A stretch of 58,996 nt of DNA. Origin: Nemertoderma westbladi. Lineage: Eukaryota; Animalia; Xenacoelomorpha. This document shows positions 22,231-35,630 of this stretch, one piece after another. The number at the start of each line of letters is the position of its first letter. Positions within the stretch are counted from its first letter, which is position 1. Both the position numbers and the translations under genes were made by a program. The stretch is taken from contig JAUCBJ010005345.1 in the NCBI GenBank assembly GCA_032718475.1, positions 1-58,996 of the forward strand. The letters are read 5' to 3'. Below the pieces are notes generated by a model. It saw only the letters and a list, made by a program, of their open reading frames with translations. It ran no database searches and had not been told where the DNA came from.

Positions 22231-25200
22231 CAGTATGGAAGCGAGTGGTGTGATGTAGATAGTTCAGTATGGAAGCGAGTGGTGTGATGTAGATAGTTCA
22301 GTATGGAAGCGAGTGGTGTGATGTAGATAGTTCAGTATGGAAGCGACTGATGTGATGTAGATAGTTCAGTATGGAAGCGAGTGGTGTGATGTACAGCACA
22401 GTATGGATGCGAGTAGTGTGATGTAGATAGTTCAGTATGGAAGCGAGTGGTGTGATGTAGATAGTTCAGGATGGAAGCGAGTGGTGCATGTACAGCAAAG
22501 TATGGAAGCGAGTGGTGTGATGTAGATAGTTCAGTGTGGTGTGCTGTAGATAGTTCAGTATGGAAGCGAGTGGTGTGATGTAGATAGTTCAGTATGGAAG
22601 CGAGTGGTGTGATGTAGATAGTTCAGTATGGAAGCGAGTGGTGTGATGAAGATAGTTCAATATGGAAGCGAGTGGTGTGATGTAAATAGTTCAGTATGGA
22701 AGCGAGTGGTGTGATGTAGATAGTTCAGTATGGAAGCGAGTGGTGTGATGAAGATAGTTCAGTATGGAAGCGAGTGGTGTGATGTAGATAGTTCAGTATG
22801 GAAGCGAGTGGTGTGATGTACAGCACAGTATGGATGCGAGTAGTGTGATGTAGATAGTTCAGTATGGAAGCGAGTGGTGTGATGTAGATAGTTCAGTATG
22901 GAAGCGAGTGGTGTGATGTAGATATTTCAGTATGGAAGCGAGTGGTGTGATATAGATAGTTCAGTATGGAAGCGAGTGGTGTGATGTATATAGTTCAGTA
23001 TGGAAGCGAGTGGTGTGATGAAGATAGTTCAGTATGGAAGCGAGTGGTGTGATGTAGATAGTTCAGTATGGAAGCTAGAGGTGTGATGTAGATAGTTCAG
23101 TATGGAAACGAGTGGTGTGATGAAGATAGTTCAGTATGGAAGCGAGTGGTGTGCTGTAGATAGTTCAGTATGGAAGCGAGTGGTGTGATGAAGATAGTTC
23201 TGTATGGAAGCGAGTGGTGTGCTGTAGATAGTTCAGTATGGAAGCGAGTGGTGTGATGAAGATAGTTCAGTATGGAAGCGAGTGGTGTGATGAAGATAGT
23301 TCAGTATGGAAGCGAGTGGTGTGATGTAGATAGTTCAGTATGGAAGCGAGTGGTGTGATGTAGATAGTTCAGTATGGAAGCGACTGGTGTGATGTAGATA
23401 GTTCAGTATGGAAGCGAGTGGTGTGATGTACAGCACAGTATGGAAGCGAGTAGTGTGATGTAGATAGTTCAGTATGGAAGCGAGTGGTGTGATGTAGATA
23501 GTTCAGGATGGAAGCGAGTGGTGCATGTACAGCAAAGTATGGAAGCGAGTGGTGTGATGTAGATAGTTCAGTGTGGTGTGCTGTAGATAGTTCAGTATGG
23601 AAGCGAGTGGTGTGATGTAGATAGTTCAGTATGGAAGCGAGTGGTGTGATGTAGATAGTTCAGTATGGAAGCGAGTGGTGTGATGAAGATAGTTCAATAT
23701 GGAAGCGAGTGGTGTGATGTAAATAGCTCAGTATGGAAGCGAGTGGTATGATGAAGATAGTTCAGTATGGAAGCGAGTGGGGTGATGTAGATAGTTCAGT
23801 ATGGAAGCGAGTGGTGTGATGTAGATAGTTCAGTATGGAAGCGAGTGGTGTGATGAAGATAGTTCAGTATGGAAGCGAGTGGTGTGCTGTAGATAGTTCA
23901 GTATGGAAGCGAGTGGTGTGATGTAGATAGTTCAGTATGGAAGCGAGTGGTGTGATGAAGATAGTTCAGTATGGAAGCGAGTGGTGTGATGAAGATAGTT
24001 CAGTATGGAAGCGAGTGGTGTGATGTAGATAGTTCACTATGGAAGCGAGTGGTGTGATGTAGATAGTTCAGTATGGAAGTGAGTGGTGTGATGAAGATAG
24101 TTCAGTATGGAAGCGAGTGGTGTGCTGTAGATAGTTCAGTATGGAAGCGAGTGGTGTGATGAAGATAGTTCAGTATGGAAGCGAGTGGTGTGATGAAGAT
24201 AGTTCAGTATGGAAGCGAGTGGTGTGATGTAGATAGTTCAGTATGGAAGCGAGTGGTGTGATGAAGATAGTTCAGTATGGAAGCGAGTGGTGTGCTGTAG
24301 ATAGTTCAGTATGGAAGCGAGTGGTGTGATGAAGATAGTTCTGTATGGAAGCGAGTGGTGTGCTGTAGATAGTTCAGTATGGAAGCGAGTGGTGTGATGA
24401 AGATAGTTCAGTATGGAAGCGAGTGGTGTGATGAAGATAGTTCAGTATGGAAGCGAGTGGTGTGATGTAGATAGTTCAGTATGGAAGCGAGTGGTGTGAT
24501 ATAGATAGTTCAGTATGGAAGCGAGTGGTGTGATGAAGATAGTTCTGTATGGAAGCGAGTGGTGTGCTGTAGATAGTTCAGTATGGAAGCGAGTGGTGTG
24601 ATGAAGATAGTTCTGTATGGAAGCGAGTGGTGTGCTGTAGATAGTTCAGTATGGAAGCGAGTGGTGTGATGAAGATAGTTCAGTATGGAAGCGAGTGGTG
24701 TGATGAAGATAGTTCAGTATGGAAGCGAGTGGTGTGATGTAGATAGTTCAGTATGGAAGCGAGTGGTGTGATGAAGATAGTTCAGTATGGAAGCGAGTGG
24801 TGTGATATAGATAGTTCAGTATGGAAGCGAGTGGTGTGATGTATATAGTTCAGTATGGAAGTGAGTGGTGTGATGAAGATAGTTCAGTATGGAAGCGAGT
24901 GGTGTGATGTAGATAGTTCAGTATGGAAGCTAGAGGTGTGATGTAGATAGTTCAGTATGGAAACGAGTGGTGTGATGAAGATAGTTCAGTATGGAAGCGA
25001 GTGGTGTGCTGTAGATAGTTCAGTATGGAAGCGAGTGGTGTGATGAAGATAGTTCTGTATGGAAGCGAGTGGTGTGCTGTAGATAGTTCAGTATGGAAGC
25101 GAGTGGTGTGATGAAGATAGTTCAGTATGGAAGCGAGTGGTGTGATGAAGATAGTTCAGTATGGAAGCGAGTGGTGTGATGTAGATAGTTCAGTATGGAA

Positions 25201-25635
25201 GCGAGTGGTGTGATGAAGATAGTTCAGTATGGAAGCGAGTGGTGTGATGAAGATAGTTCAGTATGGAAGCGAGTGGTGTGATGAAGATAGTTCAGTATGG
25301 AAGCGAGTGGTGTGATGTAGATAGTTCACTATGGAAGCGAGTGGTGTGATGTAGATAATTCAGTATGGAAGCGAATTGTGTGATGTAGATAGTTCAGTAT
25401 GGAAGCGAGTGGTGTGATGTAGATAGTTCAGTATGGAAGCGAGTGGTGTGATGTAGATAGTTCAGTATGGAAGCGAGTGGTGTGATGTAGATAGTTCACT
25501 ATGGAAGCGAGTGGTGTGATGTACAGCACAGTATGGAAGCGAATTGTGTGATGTAAATGTACAGCGCAGTATGGAAGCGAGTGGTGTGATGTAGATAGTT
25601 CAGTATGGAAGCGAGTGGTGTGATGTAGATAGTTC
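22231..25635 (+). repeat. 34-bp satellite array, block 1 (~100 units)
   Basis: Unit CAGTATGGAAGCGAGTGGTGTGATGTAGATAGTT repeated head-to-tail with point variants and no spacers. Confidence 0.97.
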
Positions 25636-26395
25636 TTTGATTGATTGATTGATGTGAGCCTGTAAGGACTCTTATATTTTGTTCCAGAATGACCGCACAC
25701 AATTTACAGACAATATTTAAATATACAGTAGTTCACAAAACAAATTAAAATATAATTCACCTTGAGAGCATTTCAAATTTGTTTGTATGTTCTGCAATTT
25801 TTTTGTGGATACTGTGTCATCACAAATATACAAACAGCGCAAATTTCTAGCAAAAATAATTAAAGATCGCATGCTATTTAATTTACTTAACCAACAAAGA
25901 ATTCAATAAACGTGAACAAAAAAATGTTATTGGTAAGATGTTAAACTCATAAAGTAATATATTAAATAATTTAGGCGTGGAGGCGACCCAATTTGTAAGA
26001 AATATAAAACTTACCTCATGCCGATAGTATTGATACTGAGATATTAATTTATGATGTCAACACCTCAACGAAATTATATAGCTAATTATTCTAAAGAATC
26101 ATAATTAAGTACTCGGCCAATCATTTTGTAAGCTAAACACAATAACCATATAAGCTGGTTTAATAGTCTGAGCTTATGAGGTGGTTGGACTGGTACCCCT
26201 TTCCAGGAAGTATAACTGGAGACAGGGCATTTTAATAAGTGAATTACGTCAAGATCAATTAAAAACACATTTCTTAAAGCAAATATCTTGAACTAATTAA
26301 AAACTATAATGGGATGGGGTATGGGGAAGGGAATACAGCTGTATATTTATTAAGTATAATTATTTAAATCTTATACTAGAAAATAATTAATATCC
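25636..26395 (-). mobile_element. 3' end of a LINE with a (ATCA)n tail abutting the satellite
   Basis: (TGAT)n at ~25638-25653, followed by an AT-rich UTR and decayed coding sequence (HLLKCPV...WKGV...LNQLIWLL) on the minus strand. Confidence 0.5.
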
Positions 26396-27033
26396 TTTAA
26401 GAGGCAGGTTGAAAATTCTGTTTTTACCCTAATCCACTTAATTAACTAATTAATTGCTATTATCTTAGCTTCTCGAAGGCCACACGGAAATTCAACTTGG
26501 AAAATTTCTAGGGCTAAACTTTTGCCAGACTACATGGGGTGTACCAAGTTTGGGTAGATTTCATTACGATTTGGCGGAGATATTAACGTTTAAAATTGGA
26601 CGACAGAACAACAGCAGGGTGCGATTCATACCTGTATGTTGAGCATATTTAATATATTTGATTTTTGTTTGTTGTTTTTTTGTTTATGTTTTTTTTTTTT
26701 TGTGTATATGTTTTTCCCAAGTCAGTCGCAACAGAAACACTACAAACTAGGAGGAAGAAACTTTCCCAGAGCCGATATTGAACTGTCAAATTCTAGGCCA
26801 TCTGGCATTCCCTTTAGCCGGTGTCTTTTGAAAAGGATTTAGCATAGATAATGAAGATCGGGTTTAATATTTGATCTTTGTACTTCTTTAACAGTAGTTC
26901 CGGGATAAAATCAGAGCCGGATTCAGAAAATAGTCGAATTGCATTAATCGCCTTATTATCCCTCTAATTTGTGGAAATTAGAACTGGTGTTAATCGAGAT
27001 ATACAGCGCATATAGAGATTCCGCTCTCCTCCA

Positions 27034-30000
27034 GTGAGTACGATGGCCATCACCATGGCCGAGTATTCGGACGACGAGGAATATGAGGAACCGACGTCGG
27101 CAGAGGAATGGGTGTGCTATCTGGCGAACTGGGCACCCGAGAGGGAGGGCACCACAACCTCCCTTCTATGTCTCTTCTGCGGAGAGAAACACAAAGTGGA
27201 ATTCTGCAGAAAATTCCAGTTCGCAGAACTAGTTCCGCGCTTCGAGGCAATCATGAAACACCGAGGATGCTTCCGGTGTCTGGGTACAGGCCATTACGTG
27301 CGGGATTATGAACAGAGGTCATGTTGTGCAATCTGCAACGATCTACGACATCACACGCTCCTCCATATTCCTCCAAACTTTGACTTCACTACACTACCAT
27401 TCCGTATTGAGTCCAAGCGGAGAGGGGAAACAAACCATGTCTCTAAGGGTCCTCGGACGATCCAGCGGAGAGAAACAAACCCGTTCAAGACCACCGCTGA
27501 CGTATCACACGTGACCAGCATATCAGCTACGGTCAACCTAATACACCGACGGTATATGGTTTTTGCCAAAGTAATACCGGTAAGGATCTAAGGCGTCGGG
27601 AAATCCCTGACCACACTTCGCGTTCCTGGATAATGGGTCAGACGGAACGATAATTGACAGGGATTTTCTGGGACAGCTGGGCCTAGAATACAAATCCTGC
27701 AAGCGACCCATACAAACTATAACGGACCATAAGGAATTGGAGTCCGGGGAGGTACAACTCAAGGTAGAAGGGGTTATGGAAGGTTATGAAAAGGTAAAAC
27801 TAACTATTAAAAATGCCCTGGTGCATACCGATCTCAGAGTGCGATTCTGACAATCCTCCTAATACGCACCCCTCATACATCTAGATCGAGAAGACATGGA
27901 CCTACGATGCCTACCGTTGGATGTCAATAGGATTACGTTATTGATCGGACTCGATACACTAGAATTACACATACCTACTGGAGATATCGCCCGATCTGTA
28001 AAGCCAGACGACGGTTTCTACGCGGAGCGCACCATTATGGGGTGGACACTCTGCAGTATCAAAGAAGAACCCACCGACACCTATACATACCTTCCAAAAT
28101 GCCAGATCGAAGGGAATGCTACATCCATGGGCTACTGTTTGGCAACCGATATGGATGAGGATCTATTCCAAGAAACAGAGAAAACCCAACAAGAAATGAC
28201 AAAATATTTCAACCTGGAAACTCAAGAATTCGCCAAGAAGGACGAAAACCCATCAGAGGAAGACCAATACTGCATGGATGTTATCGACCAAGCAGTATTT
28301 AAGGATGGACAGTGGTGCTCACCAATGCTATGGAAGGATCCGGACAGACCGATGGCTAACAACGCCAGTATGGCCCTAAGGAGGCTAAAGGGTATTTTAC
28401 GCTGGTTGCACGAGCTACCCGAGATCAAAGAAAAATATAACAATGTAATTAAGGGATATCTGGAAGATGGATTAGGGGAAATGGTTCCCCCAAACGAACT
28501 GCAGGGGACCAAACGAACGTATTATCTTCCGACCCACTATGTGGTGGAAGCCCGGAAGGGCGGAAAGATCCAGGTAGTAAACAACGCTGCGGCTATGTAC
28601 CAAGGTGAGTCGTTAAACAGCCAACTATACACCGGACCTAACATCTACAGCACGCTGATCGGCGTATTAATCAGATTCCGGGAGAATAAAATAGCCTTCA
28701 CATAAGACATCAAAGCGATGTTTCACCAGGTTCGAACGCTACCACGAGATTCCGATTGCCTACATATTCTGTGGATGGACATAGCATTGACCCCACAAGG
28801 GATAAACCAACTCACCTTGGAAGATGTGGATGTATTGCGTATGATCGTTAGAATTTTTGGTGCTAAGGATTCACCGGTCGCATGTAGCTACATGCTAAAG
28901 AAAACTGCAACTATGTGTGAAGATGAGTTCCCTCCGACAGTCATTGAGACCACAGGAGATGTTTTTATGTAGGCGACGGATGCGCTGGCGCCGAGAATGT
29001 CGACGAGGCATATCAGCTTGCTACGGGAATGGTAGAATGTTTAAAGAGAGGAGGTTTCCCTCTCGTGAAGTTTAGATCACATGACAAGGAGTTTATGGAA
29101 AGGCTCCCGGAAGAAATCAAATTAGATAATAACAAGATGTATTCCGAGGGTGTAGACCACCACGTACTCGGCATCAAATGGGACATAAAGCTGGATCAGT
29201 TCATTTTCAAACATAATCCCCTACCCAAACCAATGACAAAGAGGGGATGCTTATCTGTGAAAAGCACCATATTCGATCCGTTGAATTTCTAATCACTGGT
29301 AACGTTGGCCGGCATGAACTTAATTAAATAAATGTGGATCGAAGGACTGGGGTGGGACGAAGAACTCCCCCCACACCTTAGCGCCAAATGGAAGAAGTGG
29401 ACGGATCAACTCGAACAGCTACACCTCATGCGGATTCCTCAACCGTTCTTCCTCGACAAGCTGCCCACCGATATATTCCAGCTCCATACCTTCTCGGACG
29501 CCTCGAATACCGGAATCGGTGTGGTTACATATATATGGAGATTAAGTCAAGATGGAAATGGCGATATTAGTTTCTTATTCTCCAAAGCGAAGATGGTATC
29601 CGGGGAATTTGTGGCGACCATCCCGAGGCTCAAGCTGCAAGCCACAGTCTGGGCCGTAAGACAAAACCGCATGATCATGCGAAACCTCAGAATCCCCATC
29701 GAATCACAGCATTTCTGGGTCAATTCGAGCATCGTGCTCTATTACCTCTGTTCACCATCACGGTGACACACCACGTTCGTGGCGAACCGGGCCACGGAAA
29801 TAAAACAGTGTACTAACCGAGAACAGTGGCATCATGTGAACGGGAAAGAGAACCCGGCGGACTTATTGAGCCGAGACGCCACTCCACGACAGCTCGGTAA
29901 GAGTAAACTTTGGCTTACGGGTCCGGAGTTCCTAAAGCAACCACAACGAACCTGGATCACCCAATTCAATCCCGGACTAGATAGTGGGAAATATTCGGAA

Positions 30001-31674
30001 GACGACAAGGAGATTCGCAAAGTACATGGAAGCGCCACCGTGGAGATTTATAGTTGTCTGACTGAGCCTGCAAGGGACTCGGGCAGGCACTATAATGTTG
30101 CGACCACCGAGCAACCAGCCGCATCCTTACGACTCCTTATAGAGCGGACCTCCTCGATGAAACGTCTCATCCACCATGTTATGATGACCCTTCGTAATTT
30201 CCTGCGGTGGAAGGATAACAAACCAATAATTTGTTGGAGTATACAAGAACTCATTATCGCGGAGAAATGTATTGTGAGATACGTCCAGAAAGAAAGTTTC
30301 CCCGATGAATGGGAGCAGCTCAACGCGGGCAAGACTTTGAAACCCGACAGCCCAGTATACCAGTCAAGACCCATGATGGGAGAAGACGGACTGATCCACC
30401 TTAATACCCGGATGGCGAATGCCCCGGTTGAGTATGAAATCAAATACCCGGCACTCCTGCCAGGAACGTCGACACTAGCCAAGCTGTTAATCCAGCAATG
30501 TCATGAGGAAAACCATCACGCGGGCCAAAACTGGATCATGGCCAACATCCGGCAACGATACTGGATCACCCACATCCAGCCACTGATCCGGAAAGTATTG
30601 AAATGGTGTTTCCCTTGCAGGCGATACCTAGCACCACCGCTCACTCAAAGAATGGCCGACCTGCCGGCCACGCGGCTACAATCCGATTCACCACCGTTCT
30701 ACGTAACTGGCGTATATTGTGTCGGACCATTTACAGTTATCGAGTGACAATCCAACATTAAATGCTGGGGAGCCATCTTTACATGCCTTAGGTCAAGGGC
30801 GATTTACCTGGACCTCGTAGTAAACATCACGCAGCACGCCTTCATCAACGCCCTGCGTCGGTTTGTGGCGAACAATGGGTCATGCCGGCATATGTATTCA
30901 GACAACGGAACGAACTTTGTGGGAGGAGAAAGGGAACTCAGAGAGGCTATAGAGGGATGGTTTACCGACGAAACTGCATCCCAAGTTTGGAAGGAACACC
31001 ACATACAATGGCACTTCCAGATGCCCTTAGCACCCCATACGAGCGGGGAATGGGAGAAACTTATCGACTTGGTGAAACAATCCATGCGGATTGCATTGGG
31101 GGATACACGGGTCACTCACGACACATTATGCACTACATTCTGCGAAATTACGGCCACCTTAAACAACCGGCCCATCGTCCCCATCCATGATGACCCAACC
31201 GATCTAGAACCCCTTACACCCAACCATCACCTTGGAAGACCAAAGACCAACATCCTTCCAGAGGCAATGTTCCCAGATCCCAATGACATCTCGAGACACA
31301 CTAACTGGAAGAAGGCCCAAGAGCTGGCAGTGCATTGGTGGAGAATCTGGGCCCAGGAATACCTCATAACCCTCCGGACAAGGAGGAAGTGGAACAATAC
31401 ATACTGGAACGTCGCAGTTGGCGACATGGTACTAGTCAAAGAAGACCTTAAAGACCGCATCCACTGGCCCGTGGCGCGAGTCATGGAGATAAACCCAAGC
31501 AAGGCTGGACTTGTGAGGACAGTGACGATATGTACAGCAAAGGGCCACTACCAACACCCTATCCAGAGGCTTTTCCTTCTTGAAGTCAATGACAGTGGTG
31601 ACTCCATGAGAGGTGATAAGTTCCCTACTCCGGATCCTGCTGCGGACATTGGTGACAATAACAAACCCGTTTAA
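27034..31674 (+). pseudogene. BEL/Pao gag-pol (Zn knuckles, aspartic protease, RT, RNase H, integrase), with multiple stops and frameshifts
   Basis: Triple knuckle CLFC..H..C/CFRCL..GH/C..C..HHTLLH; protease FLDNGS; RT YYLPTH, SLNSQL.TGP, DIKAMFHQV, FGA..SP and decayed FYVGD; RNase H LHTFSDAS, NPADLLSR; integrase HHAG..CFPC, SDNGTNFVG, PLTPNH. Confidence 0.93.
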
Positions 31675-31859
31675 CCCTTCCCATCCTGTTGACAAACTCT
31701 TTAAATGTGATTTACCGACAATGATTATGTTTCGACTGACGCAGGGTAGTTTATGTTGTGTTCACCCTGATTTTGGTCATCAGGACCAACTACCTTGGAA
31801 TATCGGAAATGGTAAAGATTCGAAGTGGAATTCATTGTATCCATTGTGTTGTATAGTGT

Positions 31860-32285
31860 TGTCCGTTGCGTGTGCAGTTCGGGGCGTAGGCGGTGTAACG
31901 AGTCCAGCTGGAGATCCCGGATTGCCGCACAACACCCCCTCTATCGTGTTATTCTGGTGGGTCCATGGTGCATTCCATATGACTTCGTCGATAGAGACTT
32001 TATGTTCCTCAGCCGCGTTATTCTGGTGGGACCGTTACGTGGATTTTGGGGTGTAGGCGGTGTAACGAGTCCAGCTGTAGATCCCAGAATGTTGCGTAAC
32101 CCCATCCCACATGACTTCGTCGGCTGAGCTTTATGTTTCTGGGAGTGTTATTCTGGTGGGTCCCTGGTGCATTCCACGTGACTTCACTTCCAGCGTCCTA
32201 TTCATTGTCCGTTACATGTGCAGTTTGGGGCGTAGGCGGTATAACGAGTCAAGCTGTAGATCCCAGACTGCCGCGTAACACCCCT
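31860..32285 (+). repeat. Three degenerate ~170-180-bp tandem repeats in the BEL post-integrase spacer
   Basis: GGGGyGTAGGCGGTrTAACGAGTCmAGCTG at ~31881, ~32047 and ~32227. Confidence 0.75.
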
Positions 32286-32868
32286 TTCCACAACAAAAAT
32301 TTCCCAAAGAAGATGGTTGAATGTAGTACGAAAATGATGAAAAGGAACAGATAACTCAACTATAAACTGAATGATGACGCATATTATGATGATGATGAAA
32401 ATGTGATGATGCGCATTCCTGATGCTTTGCACTTATAACAAATGATGATAGCCGGGGGCTATAACCCCAATGAAATGGTGTAATAAATGATGAAATGTGT
32501 AATAAATGATGTAATGATGGAATAAATGATGAAATGTGAAAGAAATGATGAAATGTGAAAGAAATAATGAAATGTGGAATGAATAATGAAATGAGAAATG
32601 AAAAAAGACAAAAAAAATTATAAAATGTAGATCGGAAAAGAATTTGAAAAAGAAGAGGACATAAAAAGTCAAAAAACTGGTTGGATAATAATGTATAGCT
32701 ATAGTAACTGTAAATATTGAATGTAGTAGCAATAAGATGGTAGATGTCTATATAGCAATAATATTAACTGTATTAAAAATAACTGAATTATTCTGCAGTC
32801 GCTATAGAATCAGACTTTCTGGATTTATAACTAACTGATTTAAATTTGTAACGGACATAATTTACAAT

Positions 32869-35400
32869 ATGGACACGAATCGCCAGATTCTTGGCGAATT
32901 ACGTAACACGCTTGATTTATTGGACTATCCACAATCTGGATCTCCTAGTTTTGATGCGAAATGGAATGCCCTGTTGAAAGAGAATGTGAAAGTCATTAAA
33001 TTCTCCGGGAGGGAGGTACCAGATACCCGTAACCTGCAGGTGCTCCGGTTGTCCGATGCAAGTACGAGCCTGAAAAGGATTCGGAATGCTGAGGCAACCA
33101 GAGGAGAGGTGTTGTCGTTCTGGGATACGTTCCGGCGAAGCATCTACAAATCCCGGTGCTTGATATACGACAACGAGGGAAACGCGATGCCAACTCCGAA
33201 GGCGGTTACGATGGCGCGATGTCAAAGTTTCATCGACGACAAGAGTACATATCTCGCCCACTGGGGAAACCTAGCAGAATGTACAGCGACGCTGCGAGAG
33301 GAATGTATAGCAGTCATCCAAAACCACGACGACTACAAGGAGAAATATGGGACGAAGGAGTACGGTCGATCACTAATCGTCGTGCTCGGAACCCTAGACG
33401 AATTGGTATTGATATGTCGAATCTTCCCGACACCCCAACAGTAAGTACGGACAGCCGGGGCGGTCTGGCTACTACCATCGGCGATCCAACAGGTCCTATT
33501 CGACTTCGATATTATTAAGATTGGGTCGGATATAAAGGCGGATATCCGGAACGACTACGCTAATGCTCCTTTCGGAAGAAATCGTCGAGAGGACATTAAT
33601 GCTATTAGCCACTTCATCGACACCCAAACCCTGTTAGCCTGGTTGCGGTCCACGGGTTTTATGGGTGGGTTTAAAGAAGTGAGACAGATGGAATCCGGTA
33701 TCGGCTACCTTGCAGTGTTAAATGGCAGTTTGGACTTTAAACTGCAGAAGTTCCCGGACTATAACAAGATATACGGTGCATATCCGGACTTAGCGATAAA
33801 AAATGAGCGGGACAACTGTTGGAGGGATGTAGAGAGAAGGTGGACGATCCACCAGAAATGGGAGGAACCGGATCGACAGAACTTCATCTACGTAACGATG
33901 GAATCATATACAGTTGCCAAATTCATCTGTAAGACCCTAGATAAACATATTAACGCAGTCCCCAGATCCTTCATTGATTATGAATGGAACTAGGTAATCG
34001 ACCACGCGTTCAAGGCGGTGATGAATATCCCACCAGGAGATACTAAGATGCTCGACGTTCTCGGCTCCTGGGAGATGAACGGACCTTTCGATATCCCAAC
34101 GATTGCCGATCTCCTTGGCGCAGAGGACCTCTTGATATCGTCGGAAGGGGAGGAATTATGGAAACAAGAAGGCATCTTACTATCCACACCAAAACGTCTA
34201 CTCGAGCCGGAAGTCGCTTATGGATCAGCCGCCAAGTGTATCGCCGAGACTGAACCTGCAACGGAAGCCGGCGTAACCACTCCGCTTGGCTCTGGTAGTC
34301 CGGCGAGAGAGTTAGTCCCCACCTTTGCGCTTAGTGACTTTGGCGACGCATGCCAGAGGTTGTCTCCATGTCCGTTTCCCGGAGGAGAAGATTGGTCTTC
34401 GGAAATCCCAAGTACCAGTACACAGCGGACCCGCTCGGCTATCCAAGTTGCGAAGGGTCCTAGTATAGCACCAACCCCTGGAGACCTCCTTGGGATTCCT
34501 TCGGCGAACACCCCGGCACCCCTTTGCCGACCAGCTTTGGCGACGGCACCCTCCGTTCCACAAGATCCGATGAGACTTACTCGATGGTACGCGGAACAAA
34601 CGAAGTGGATCCACTGTCAGAAACGGGCGCCCGGGAAGCGTCCGGCGGACCATAAAGAAGGATACCGTAGTGAGACTCTACTCCGCGACAGCGCAGCGTT
34701 CCGTGGGCTCCCGGTTACTACGATTATCCCGAAAAAAGATAGACGACTGGAGTACTACGCCGGCGTACCAATCCCGATATTTTTCGGTCGGGAAATGCAA
34801 CTTGACGTTTGCAGTAAGTGCAGTTCGGATCAATGTCCACGCGGAAAGAAGCAATGGGTTACCGAACCGTGCTACCAGATCCTTGGGATACTCTATTGTC
34901 CCTATTGCGCTATATCAGGCCATGACGTAGCGGTTTGTCTAACACTCTATAACATCTGTACAAAGTGCGGTTTCCGTGGGCATACTGTGAGCCCCCGATG
35001 CAACATTAAATGTCCCACTAAAGATACGACGGCCATTGGGAATATGGTTATGTTCGAAATATACTCCAATACCCACATATAGACCAGAGCGCGTTTAAGT
35101 GCTCGAAACGTTGCACAAGAGATGGCATGCGGATATTTCTTGTTCCCCGAATGCCTCCATACAACAACGACCTTGCCTTTCCACTATGTGGATTTATTAC
35201 TTAGCGCTGGTTTATTTGGTCCCTTCGAAATAATCAGACGTCTATACTCGTACAAGGAAGCGTTTGGAGATGGAGAGTGGTTCAAAGAGGCTCGTAACAC
35301 CGAGTTGGAGAGGAGAACAGATATCATTTCGCTACCTCCCCGAGGAAGGGCTGCCAGGAGGCAAGCTGCGGCAACGATGCTCCTCTACCCGCACTGGTGA
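32869..35400 (+). pseudogene. BEL accessory ORF (~843 codons, 3 in-frame stops): DEDDy 3'-5' exonuclease (WRN/EXD2/Mut-7-like), Pro/Ser-rich linker and Cys/His Zn knuckles
   Basis: Track ORFs 32869, 33643, 34018 and 35122 share one frame. ExoI LIYDNEG; ExoII LPSAIQQVLFDFDIIKIGSDIKAD; FIDTQ; SGIGYLA; ExoIII-like WE...FIYVTMES; C-terminal CPYCAISGHDVAVC and CTKCGFRGHTVSPRC. Confidence 0.7.
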
Positions 35401-35630
35401 TCGATGAGAGTAGACGGGCGAAGAAAAGAAAAGCGTATCAGAGCAGGAGATAGAAGACCAGGCCATTCTATAAACACTTATTCGAACATTTATTTTTATA
35501 CGTATGTAAACTAACTCTAGGACAAATTAATCAAGACTATGCAATCTTAAAAAATTGGGTTTTTTATATGGGAAATGACCTACGCAAACTCGATCTACCG
35601 ATAGACCTCACGAAGGTCATTGGGGGGGAC

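Noticed and set aside
22231-25635. CRISPR-like array (34-bp repeats)
   Set aside because: Units are contiguous with no unique spacers, there are no cas genes, and the context is eukaryotic. It is a tandem satellite.
32869-35400. Retroviral-type env gene
   Set aside because: No signal peptide, furin site or transmembrane segment; exonuclease and Zn-knuckle motifs are present instead.
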